From an uncultured Muribaculaceae bacterium (GTDB lineage Bacteria; Bacteroidota; Bacteroidia; Bacteroidales; Muribaculaceae): DNA of 64,000 nt. Made by a program: the position numbers and the translations under genes. Shown here in pieces: positions 41,604 through 48,583 of this stretch. How positions within the stretch are numbered: the first letter of the stretch is position 1; each line of letters starts with the position of its first letter. The notes beneath the pieces are model-generated. The model was not told where the DNA came from. It searched no databases and saw only the letters and a program-made list of their open reading frames with translations. The stretch covers positions 26,179 through 90,178 of the forward strand of contig CAJTQU010000007.1 in NCBI GenBank assembly GCA_910578665.1, written 5' to 3'.

Positions 41604-42817
41604 AACTTATAATTGTTATCCCGAGCCGTCAAAGAGGTACTACAAAGTTTTTCTTCAGACTCCAGTTTGTTAAACAATTTATTCCAGTAATAATTATTTG
41701 CTCTCACACGCGCCTTGTGCATTTTGCAGATAGCGACCGACCGTTGATATATAGTGTCTGTATCAGCTGAATCATAGTTCTCTCCTTGACACCAGGCACA
41801 TCCACTGGCCACTTCGCATTCTATACACTCACGAGGTGACTGGCTTAACCGATCAAGAGATAGGAATGGCCTAAGAAGATCATTGTTGATACCATCTACA
41901 ACATTGCCGATGACGATCGGCTTCTTCTCTCTTAACGAATAAGCTGCAAAGCGAGTACATGGGTAAAAAAGACCTTTTGCATCAACAGCTAACATCCGTC
42001 CTGCTCCACACCAATTCTGATTGTCTACTTTAGAATCCAATGGTTTGCCAATGCTTTCTGAAAAAAATGAACAAGCATGATCCTCATAGTATCCGTGATT
42101 GATAATTTCATCTGCCAGTTCAATCAGCTGCTTTTCGAAAAGCTTATCATCACCTTCTTTCCAAACATTCTCAAATACGACATTGATATTAACCTCTTTG
42201 ATACCTAATGAATAAAGATGCAGCACACTCTCTCTGATATATGGAATATCAGCTGAACTGATAGTGACTTTAGTAGCTCCGTCCGGAAATTGAGACAGCC
42301 AAAGCGGTATGTTACGCACAACATCGTCATAGCTCCCCCGTTCAGGACCGCTACCTTTCCAGATCCTATTTAAGTCATGTTTTCGTTTTGTCCCATCAAT
42401 CGTTATCCCAATAGATAGATGTTCTCTATTTTTTTCTATGTATCGCTGTACTTTTTCACTATCGTAATTGATCCCATTAGTAGAGAACGAAAATCTGTAT
42501 GAATTGAACCATTTATGATTTAGTCGGAACATTTCGGTTTTTATGTAATCACAAATCTTATCAACAAGATCAATTTCTAGAAATGGTTCGCCCCCGATAA
42601 AATCCCATACCACCGAATCATCTTTAAAATCATCTTCATGGATAAGTATGTAATCAATTGCTGCCTTAGCAATTTTCCACTCCATTCGTTCGCTTTCATT
42701 TTTTCCTACAAGATAGCAATACTTGCAAGCAAGCTGGCAATCTTTCGTAACTATGAAAGTAATATTTTTGGTTCTACTTTCTCGCCAAGGGCGTTGTTGC
42801 TCCTTAATAGCACTCAT
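41597..42817 (-). CDS. radical SAM / SPASM-domain peptide maturase
   Basis: 406 aa with CxxxCxxC at C27/C31/C34 (TKDCQLACKYCY) and GGEPFL. C-terminal auxiliary-cluster cysteines: ...NWCGAGRMLAVDAKGLFYPC..., ...CIECEVASGCAWCQGENY..., ...CKMHKA... It lies directly downstream of the two Cys-repeat precursor genes. Confidence 0.85.
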   Translation of the reverse strand: MSAIKEQQRPWRESRTKNITFIVTKDCQLACKYCYLVGKNESERMEWKIAKAAIDYILIHEDDFKDDSVVWDFIGGEPFLEIDLVDKICDYIKTEMFRLNHKWFNSYRFSFSTNGINYDSEKVQRYIEKNREHLSIGITIDGTKRKHDLNRIWKGSGPERGSYDDVVRNIPLWLSQFPDGATKVTISSADIPYIRESVLHLYSLGIKEVNINVVFENVWKEGDDKLFEKQLIELADEIINHGYYEDHACSFFSESIGKPLDSKVDNQNWCGAGRMLAVDAKGLFYPCTRFAAYSLREKKPIVIGNVVDGINNDLLRPFLSLDRLSQSPRECIECEVASGCAWCQGENYDSADTDTIYQRSVAICKMHKARVRANNYYWNKLFNKLESEEKLCSTSLTARDNNYKLC

Positions 42818-42883
42818 ATAATGTGTATTTACATAATAAAGAAATGCAAGTATACCGAAACAAATTCGATATACTCACATTGA

Positions 42884-43201
42884 TTATCTACTTCCATATT
42901 TACATCCTCCGACACATCCTGTTTTGCAAGATGACAAACAAGCTCCTTTACATCCCGATTTACAGGAGTATGGGTGATACTCCATATTTGCACGGCAAGA
43001 GTCTCCACATGATGTTGAGCATGTGGAGCCACAACCAGAACAACCAGAAGACGAACCACCGCCTCCTCCACCTGGTTCATCCTCTGGATCACACGATGTC
43101 AGAAATGTCGGAACAATAGTTAATGCTAATATGGGCATAATTGCCGATACACTCTTCGAGAAAAACTTTCTTCTCGAAATCAGATTTTCATTGCCAATCA
43201 T
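42884..43201 (-). CDS. Cys-repeat precursor B: Tat signal + lipobox + Gly linker + 11-Cys CxxxC core
   Basis: 105 aa: MIGNENLISRRKFFSKSVSAIMPILALTIVPTFLTSC|DPEDEPGGGGGGSSSG CSGCGSTCSTSCGDSCRANMEYHPYSCKSGCKGACLSSCKTGCVGGCKYGSR. The twin-arginine motif is SRRKFFSK, and the lipobox is LTSC at Cys37. Confidence 0.8.
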   Translation of the reverse strand: MIGNENLISRRKFFSKSVSAIMPILALTIVPTFLTSCDPEDEPGGGGGGSSSGCSGCGSTCSTSCGDSCRANMEYHPYSCKSGCKGACLSSCKTGCVGGCKYGSR

Positions 43202-43203
43202 AA

Positions 43204-43479
43204 TTATTTACCAGAGTTATAACACATACCTCTACATGTTCCCTGGCATAAACCACTGCAACTAGTGCATGCATCACTACATTTTCCCGAGCAAGTTCCA
43301 GCACATCCGTAGCAACCACCACGACACGTTGTACAACTTGTAGCATCTGAATTAAGAGAATGGGCCAGGACAGGCGCATTAGCCAGAACTATCGTACCTA
43401 AAATAGGCAGGACTCCTTTCGCCGCGTTTTTAAAGAACTCGCGTCGTGACTGTAATTCTTTGTTTCGATTTTTATCCAT
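43204..43479 (-). CDS. Cys-repeat precursor A: Tat signal + 11-Cys CxxC/CxxxC core
   Basis: 91 aa: MDKNRNKELQSRREFFKNAAKGVLPILGTIVLANAPVLA|HSLNSDATS CTTCRGGCYGCAGTCSGKCSDACTSCSGLCQGTCRGMCYNSGK. The twin-arginine motif is SRREFFK, with a VLA-type signal peptidase I site. The stop is 2 nt before the precursor B start. Confidence 0.8.
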   Translation of the reverse strand: MDKNRNKELQSRREFFKNAAKGVLPILGTIVLANAPVLAHSLNSDATSCTTCRGGCYGCAGTCSGKCSDACTSCSGLCQGTCRGMCYNSGK

Positions 43480-43529
43480 GATCGAACTATCATGTCCTAT
43501 AGGCTCCCCGGATTGGACTTAAGATTTAT

Positions 43530-43775
43530 AAAAAAAGCGTGAAAGCCTGTACCTGTTGCTCTTTCAACTGATAGAGGCTCTCGCATTGCCCGTCTGAGTA
43601 GAAAGAGCAACGTCGAAGCCTCACGCTGTATGATAATACAAGAGCCGGCTCAAACCAGAACCAACATGTGTGTACCATACCCTATAAGGCATCTACCGTT
43701 GCTATTTCCTGACTCAGACAATTAGAATTTGCGAGATTCCTATCAGTCAAGAAAAAGCGTAAGTAAACGCTTTTT
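43530..43775 (-). promoter_or_regulatory. structured 5' leader of the Cys-repeat/rSAM/Tat operon (candidate attenuator, riboswitch-like element or sRNA)
   Basis: A two-tier hairpin at 43537-43626 (GCGTGA/TCACGC plus GTTGCTCTTTC/GAAAGAGCAAC) is followed on the minus strand by U7 (43530-43536). There is 22 bp of three-segment long-range complementarity between 43568-43599 and 43712-43746. A second hairpin, AAAAAGCGT/ACGCTTTTT, is at 43752-43775. Confidence 0.45.
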
Positions 43776-43836
43776 AATTATGTCTGCATCCCACCCACTT
43801 CAACCCGTATCGGGCTTCGACAAGCGATATGCGTCG

Positions 43837-43868
43837 CAAAGTTATAATTTTTATTTTACTAGCACAAA
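43837..43868 (-). promoter_or_regulatory. Bacteroidota-type promoter for the island operon
   Basis: On the minus strand, -33 TTTG (43865-43868), a 20-nt spacer, and -7 TAACTTTG (43837-43844). About 355 nt upstream of the precursor A ATG. Confidence 0.55.
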
Positions 43869-43993
43869 TTTTAACGCATTTTTTCAATTTTGACAAATAC
43901 ACACAACAAAAACTCCATACGGCATACATGAGAATATCGGCTTAAAATATGTTAATTACACCCTAGGCTTGTTATAAAGTGTGAAATTCAAAC

Positions 43994-44001
43994 TATATTT
44001 G
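43994..44001 (+). promoter_or_regulatory. -7 promoter box (TATATTTG) for the GlmU-like gene
   Basis: A TAnnTTTG match 28 nt upstream of the ATG at 44030. Only a partial -33 (cTTG at 43968-43971). Confidence 0.4.
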
Positions 44002-44029
44002 CAATTTCAATACTGACAGATAAGACAGC

Positions 44030-45241
44030 ATGAAGAACGTCATACTATATGATTCGGCATCTGTGCATGCAGATATGCTGCCGCTCTCATTCACCCGTCC
44101 GGTGAGCGACTTCAGAGTAGGCATAACTACCATAAGCGAAAAATGGCAGCACTATCTGCCAGGCAATTACAGTGTGTATACAGCCCCGTACCTGCGTGAC
44201 AAATTCACACCCCACGCGCAAAACACCAATTACTTCGTGGCCGCCAACTGCCTGCCCTCGGCAGAACTGGCAGAAGCCGTGTGCAGCCTCGCCACAGGCA
44301 GCGCGCTGGCAATGCCCGATGGAGAATACATAGCATTTGCCGGTTCAATGGAGGAATTCGAGGCTTTGGTGAAAAATGAGAAAGAGGTGCCTGTCACGAC
44401 ATTTCACGGGCCATGCACACCGCTGCATTTTTTATATGATCTGTTTCTGAACAACGGCAAAGCGCTGGCTGACGATTACCACGTCATAACAGCCGGAAGG
44501 GCCAGCCAGCCTCTGTCTGATTCTAACAGACTGATAGGAAATCCGTTGCTGCCTGACGGTACACCGGCCCTCTTCATAGAAGAGGGAGCATGGATAGAGG
44601 GGGCGACAATCAATGTGTCGGAAGGGCCTGTATATGTAGGCCGCGGAGCCAGAATATCGGAGGGCAGCTGCGTGCGCGGTCCCCTGGCCTTATGCGACCA
44701 CGCCCAGGTTAACATGGGGGCCAAAATATACGGCAACACCACCCTCGGACCGTATTGCAAAGTCGGCGGAGAGCTGAACAATGTGGTCATGTTCGGTTAT
44801 TCCAACAAGGCGCATGACGGCTATCTGGGCAATGCAGTCATAGGCGAATGGTGCAATATCGGTGCCGGTACCAATGCGTCAAACCTGAAAAACGATTATT
44901 CCAAAATACGCCTGTGGAATTACAATAAGCGATCATTCGTGCGCACCGACCTGCAGTTCTGCGGACTAATGATGGGAGACCATTCAAAGGCCGGCATCAA
45001 CTGCATGTTCAATACGGCCACAGTTGTGGGTGTCGGCTGCAATGTACATGGCGCCGGATTCCCAAGACCATTTGTTCCGAGCTTCTCCGAGGGAAGCCCG
45101 TCTGCCGGATTCCGCGATGTAGACCTTAGAAAATTTTTCGACATTGCCGCACGTGTCATGGCCCGACGCGGCATAGAACTAACAGAACTGGACCGCCGCA
45201 TTTTCCAAGCCATATCGGAAGCTGCCGCCAGCTATAAATAA
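44030..45241 (+). CDS. putative sugar nucleotidyltransferase with a left-handed beta-helix (GlmU-like)
   Basis: 403 aa. The C-terminal half shows hexapeptide-repeat character (...IEGATINVSEGPVYVGRGARISEGSCVRGPLALCDHAQVNMGAKIYGNTTLGPYCKVGGE...). Confidence 0.6.
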   Translation: MKNVILYDSASVHADMLPLSFTRPVSDFRVGITTISEKWQHYLPGNYSVYTAPYLRDKFTPHAQNTNYFVAANCLPSAELAEAVCSLATGSALAMPDGEYIAFAGSMEEFEALVKNEKEVPVTTFHGPCTPLHFLYDLFLNNGKALADDYHVITAGRASQPLSDSNRLIGNPLLPDGTPALFIEEGAWIEGATINVSEGPVYVGRGARISEGSCVRGPLALCDHAQVNMGAKIYGNTTLGPYCKVGGELNNVVMFGYSNKAHDGYLGNAVIGEWCNIGAGTNASNLKNDYSKIRLWNYNKRSFVRTDLQFCGLMMGDHSKAGINCMFNTATVVGVGCNVHGAGFPRPFVPSFSEGSPSAGFRDVDLRKFFDIAARVMARRGIELTELDRRIFQAISEAAASYK

Positions 45242-45386
45242 GACGCCTAAATTAAAGACCGAAGTGCGACAGCACGACCGCTAAAAGCGCCTCGCGCCTC
45301 GCGGCGGCATTTGGCGTTATGCGTATTTTTTTATACCTTTACGCGAAATTTACGACACAGTATTAAAACCCATATATGTAACCTTT

Positions 45387-47183
45387 ATGGAAAAGATCCA
45401 GAAACAATATCTTGCCGCACTGCGTGCCGAAATGGCAAAAGCAGGCGTCAACACCGTAATAATCTCAGGCACAGACCCACACCAGAGCGAAAACCCACCG
45501 GCCCACTGGCGCGACCGTGAGTGGCTGACAGGTTTCTGGAGCACCAACGGCACCAACGGCACCGCAGTAGTGACGCCTGACCAGGCGCTGTGCTGGACCG
45601 ACTCCAGATATTTCATACAGGCCGCCGACCAGCTCAAAGACACTGGTTTCTCTATGATGGAGGAAGACGGTCCCAACGCGGTAAACCTCGTGGACTGGGT
45701 AACGGAAAACACCCCCAAGGGGGCCGTTGCAGCCATAGACGGCACAACATTCTCTGTATCACAGGCCCAGCGCATGGAACAGGAATTTACAGACAACGGA
45801 ATAATATTTAAAACCGATTTCTGCCCGTTTGACACAATTAATCCCGAACGCCCCCCGCGTCCAGGCAACAAGCTGTTCGTACACGACGAGGCTATCGTGG
45901 GCGAAAGCGTGGATTCAAAAATAGAACGCACCCTGGCCGAAGTCAAAAAGGAAATGGCAAACGCCGTGATGCTGTCAAGCCTTGACGACATAGCGTGGGC
46001 CACCAACCTGCGCACTGCCGGCGACATAGCATTCTCACCCATTTTCGTGAGCTATCTATATCTCTCTGGCGAGCAACGCATTCTCTTCGCCGATGCCGAC
46101 AAAATCAATGACGAGGTAATGCTCCATTTGGAAAAATACCGCATCGAGGCCAAAGGATATGACGAAGTATTCGACTTCGTGCACTCCCTGCCAAAATCCG
46201 TACGCCTGCTCACAGACCCGGCCAAGACATCGCGCACTCTCTACGATTCGATGAACTGCACCCCCGTGTTCGGAGGCGCCGGTGTGGCAAAGCTAAAAAG
46301 CATAAAGAACGAGTCCATGCTCGGCAGCCTGGACAAGGCTATGGAAAAAGACGGCGTGGCCCTGACACGCTTCTTCATGATGGTAGAGAAAGAACTGCCG
46401 TCTGGCAAACTCACCGAGGTACTTCTGGCCGAACGTCTGCGCGAAATAAGACTGTCTGACCCGACCTGCGTTGACGAAAGCTTTGCATCAATCGTCGGAT
46501 TCAACGGCCACGGAGCCATCGTGCATTACGAACCGACACCCGAAACCGACGTGGCAATAGAAGGCAACGGCCTGCTGCTCGTAGACAGCGGCGGCCAGTA
46601 CACCCTGGGCACCACAGACATAACGCGCACCATAGCTATCGGCACCCCGACCGCAGCCATGAAGCATGACTTCACACTTGTGCTCAAAGGACACATTGCG
46701 CTGGCCAACGCCGTATTCCCCGAAGGCACCACCGGCCACCAGCTGGATGCTCTGGCACGCCAGTTCCTGTGGAACGAAGGCAAGGCATATTACCACGGCA
46801 CGGGCCACGGAGTAGGCTTCTTCATCAACTGCCACGAAGGACCGCAGAATATCAGGCTTAACACAAACCCCACACCGCTCGAGCCCGGCATGATAACGTC
46901 TAACGAACCCGGCCTTTATCTTGAAGACCGTTACGGAATACGCCTGGAAAACCTAATCGAGACCGTGCCGGCCATGAACACCGAGTTCGGACAATTCCTC
47001 AAATTCCGCACAGCCACACTCTTCCCCTTCGATCTTTCGCTGTGCGACACCTCTATCATGACCAACGACGAAATCTCATGGCTTAACGACTACCACCTGA
47101 TGGTCCGCAACCGCCTGACACCGCTGCTGTCTCCCGAAGAGGCTGAATGGATAAACATCAGGACACGCCCCCTGACACGATAA
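45387..47183 (+). CDS. Xaa-Pro aminopeptidase (M24B, aminopeptidase P family)
   Basis: 598 aa with N-terminal creatinase-like domains and a C-terminal pita-bread core (...DITRT..., ...HGTGHGVG..., ...SNEPGLY..., ...RLENL...). Confidence 0.8.
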   Translation: MEKIQKQYLAALRAEMAKAGVNTVIISGTDPHQSENPPAHWRDREWLTGFWSTNGTNGTAVVTPDQALCWTDSRYFIQAADQLKDTGFSMMEEDGPNAVNLVDWVTENTPKGAVAAIDGTTFSVSQAQRMEQEFTDNGIIFKTDFCPFDTINPERPPRPGNKLFVHDEAIVGESVDSKIERTLAEVKKEMANAVMLSSLDDIAWATNLRTAGDIAFSPIFVSYLYLSGEQRILFADADKINDEVMLHLEKYRIEAKGYDEVFDFVHSLPKSVRLLTDPAKTSRTLYDSMNCTPVFGGAGVAKLKSIKNESMLGSLDKAMEKDGVALTRFFMMVEKELPSGKLTEVLLAERLREIRLSDPTCVDESFASIVGFNGHGAIVHYEPTPETDVAIEGNGLLLVDSGGQYTLGTTDITRTIAIGTPTAAMKHDFTLVLKGHIALANAVFPEGTTGHQLDALARQFLWNEGKAYYHGTGHGVGFFINCHEGPQNIRLNTNPTPLEPGMITSNEPGLYLEDRYGIRLENLIETVPAMNTEFGQFLKFRTATLFPFDLSLCDTSIMTNDEISWLNDYHLMVRNRLTPLLSPEEAEWINIRTRPLTR

Positions 47184-47198
47184 CAAACGACATATAAA

Positions 47199-47717
47199 AT
47201 GGCAATCATAGAATCAGTAAGGGGGTTCACACCCCAGATAGGCCGTGACTGTTTCATGGCCACCAACGCGGTTATAGTAGGCGACGTGGTTATGGGTGAC
47301 GAATGCAGTGTCTGGTACTCCACCGTTCTGCGCGGCGACGTCAACTCCATACGCATCGGCAACCGTGTCAACATACAGGACGGCTCCGTGCTTCACACGC
47401 TCTATCAGAAGTCAACCATCGAAATAGGCGATGACGTGTCCATAGGCCATAATGTGGTTATCCACGGTGCCAAGATACATAACCTGGCTCTGATCGGCAT
47501 GGGCTCTATAATCATGGATGACGCAGAAGTCGGCGAAGGCGCCCTTGTGGCTGCCGGCTCGGTAGTCTTGTCGCGTACCAAAATAGGACCCAACGAAATG
47601 TGGGCCGGCGCACCTGCCAAATTTGTCAAAATGGTCGAGCCTGAGAAAGCTCGCGAAATGAATCAGAAAATAGCGCGCAACTACCTTATGTACTCTAAGT
47701 GGTACGACCAAAAGTAA
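47199..47717 (+). CDS. gamma-class carbonic anhydrase family protein (hexapeptide repeat)
   Basis: 172 aa, ...VIVGDVVMGDECSVWYSTVLRGDVNSIRIGNRVNIQDGSVLH... Confidence 0.8.
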   Translation: MAIIESVRGFTPQIGRDCFMATNAVIVGDVVMGDECSVWYSTVLRGDVNSIRIGNRVNIQDGSVLHTLYQKSTIEIGDDVSIGHNVVIHGAKIHNLALIGMGSIIMDDAEVGEGALVAAGSVVLSRTKIGPNEMWAGAPAKFVKMVEPEKAREMNQKIARNYLMYSKWYDQK

Positions 47718-47738
47718 CCAGCGCTTTACATTATACCC

Positions 47739-47770
47739 CGGCGCCCGGAATTGAGTGATTCCGGGCGCCG
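47739..47770 (+). terminator. GC-rich hairpin terminator after the gamma-CA gene
   Basis: CGGCGCCCGGAAT (47739-47751), a 6-nt loop, then ATTCCGGGCGCCG (47758-47770). Weak T-tract. Confidence 0.5.
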
Positions 47771-47946
47771 ACTTATTCAAACCCAGACACGGCCTCTACA
47801 TCTAAATCACCTTATATATGCATATATGCGTCACCGATAATACGGCCACATCATTAAAATAGTATTCGGTCTGGGAGGGATAACGAGCTATTTTGGCCGT
47901 ATGCCGCCGCACAGTTATTTTTTTACACTGAAAAAAGGCTGAAAAT

Positions 47947-47977
47947 TTTGCCAATTGAATAATCTTATATAATTTTG
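47947..47977 (+). promoter_or_regulatory. Bacteroidota-type promoter for rpsU
   Basis: -33 TTTG (47947-47950), a 19-nt spacer, and -7 TAATTTTG (47970-47977). 85 nt upstream of the rpsU ATG. Confidence 0.6.
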
Positions 47978-48061
47978 CAGCGCAATTGGTATAGGCACAA
48001 GCCAGTTACGGCATCTGCACACCGGCAAAACAGAATAACAAATAAAATTTACAAATAACAA

Positions 48062-48253
48062 ATGATCATTGTACAAGTAAAAGAAGGCGAAAACATTGAA
48101 AAGGCCTTGAAGAAATTCAAACGCAAATTTGAGCGCACCGGCATCGTGAAAGAACTTCGCGGTCGTCAGGCATTTGAAAAACCCTCTGTAACAAACCGCA
48201 AGAAAATGATTAAGGCGGTTTACGTACAGAAACTGCGCCAGGGCGAAGAGTAA
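48062..48253 (+). CDS. rpsU: 30S ribosomal protein S21
   Basis: 63 aa, MIIVQVKEGENIEKALKKFKRKFERTGIVKELRGRQAFEKPS... Confidence 0.92.
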   Translation: MIIVQVKEGENIEKALKKFKRKFERTGIVKELRGRQAFEKPSVTNRKKMIKAVYVQKLRQGEE

Positions 48254-48301
48254 AAATACTCTCACCCCTTTTTATTATTGTTTTCATTCTTTTTGAACCG
48301 C

Positions 48302-48349
48302 ATACAGATACAGGAGGCGTTGGAATTCCAACGCCTCCTGTATCTGTAT
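48302..48349 (+). terminator. perfect 48-bp palindrome (24-bp arms) downstream of rpsU
   Basis: ATACAGATACAGGAGGCGTTGGAA|TTCCAACGCCTCCTGTATCTGTAT. Every position was checked and pairs. No T-tract follows. Confidence 0.55.
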
Positions 48350-48583
48350 ATACCTTAATCTAATTTTATTACTTGTAACTCTGCTGTAATATAGAGCATT
48401 ATAAAATTAACGGTGTACTCGTGGCGTACTAATTAATTGAAGAAATCGAAAACAGGATACCCGATTTTAGGATTTTAATGGGAGTTAGTTATCTTTAATG
48501 CGATTCTTTTTTGGTAGGTTTCCAAAGATTCGAGGCTTGAATAGAAAGGCAATAAGAAAAAATTGCTAATTTTGTGTTACGAT

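Larger units (their letters stand above)
38570..43900 (-). other. low-GC accessory island carrying a Cys-repeat peptide / radical SAM / Tat operon
   Basis: Hand counts of individual 60-nt lines give about 32-40% GC inside (lines at 39001, 41001, 42401), against about 43-62% in the flanks (lines at 37401, 44401). The eight ORFs are co-oriented and tightly packed. No integrase or transposase was seen. Confidence 0.6.

Noticed and set aside
42829-43379. ORFs 42829..43092 (-), 43023..43265 (+) and 43188..43379 (-) overlapping the precursor genes
   Set aside because: They are alternative-frame or antisense readings of the Cys/Gly-rich repeats. They lack the RR-signal architecture of the two chosen frames.
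43568-43746. Inverted repeats as the ends of a Bacteroidales-style invertible promoter (DNA inversion switch)
   Set aside because: The longest perfect run is 8 bp, and the three segments have unequal spacers (4 vs 3 and 6 vs 10 nt). That fits RNA helices with internal loops better than recombinase IRs. The predicted promoter lies outside the flanked segment, and no invertase is adjacent.
43500-43780. Possibility that the structured region is RNase P RNA, 6S RNA, tmRNA or SRP RNA
   Set aside because: I could not find the universal RNase P motifs (GAGGAAAGUCC / ACAGNRA...GGCUUA), a tRNA-like 3' end, or the SRP domain IV motif on either strand. GTGAAAGCC and CAAGAGCCGGCTCA are only loose resemblances. 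A covariance-model scan is needed before the possibility is fully excluded.
38622-43792. Shared ATGTCTGC near both island edges (about 38625 and about 43780) as att-like direct repeats
   Set aside because: An 8-nt match between two 200-nt regions is expected by chance, and there is no integrase.
45350-46042. 230-aa minus-strand ORF
   Set aside because: Antisense to the aminopeptidase P gene. It has no start context and a shadow-like composition.
47915-48265. 116-aa minus-strand ORF
   Set aside because: Antisense to rpsU and its promoter region. S21 identity on the plus strand is unambiguous.
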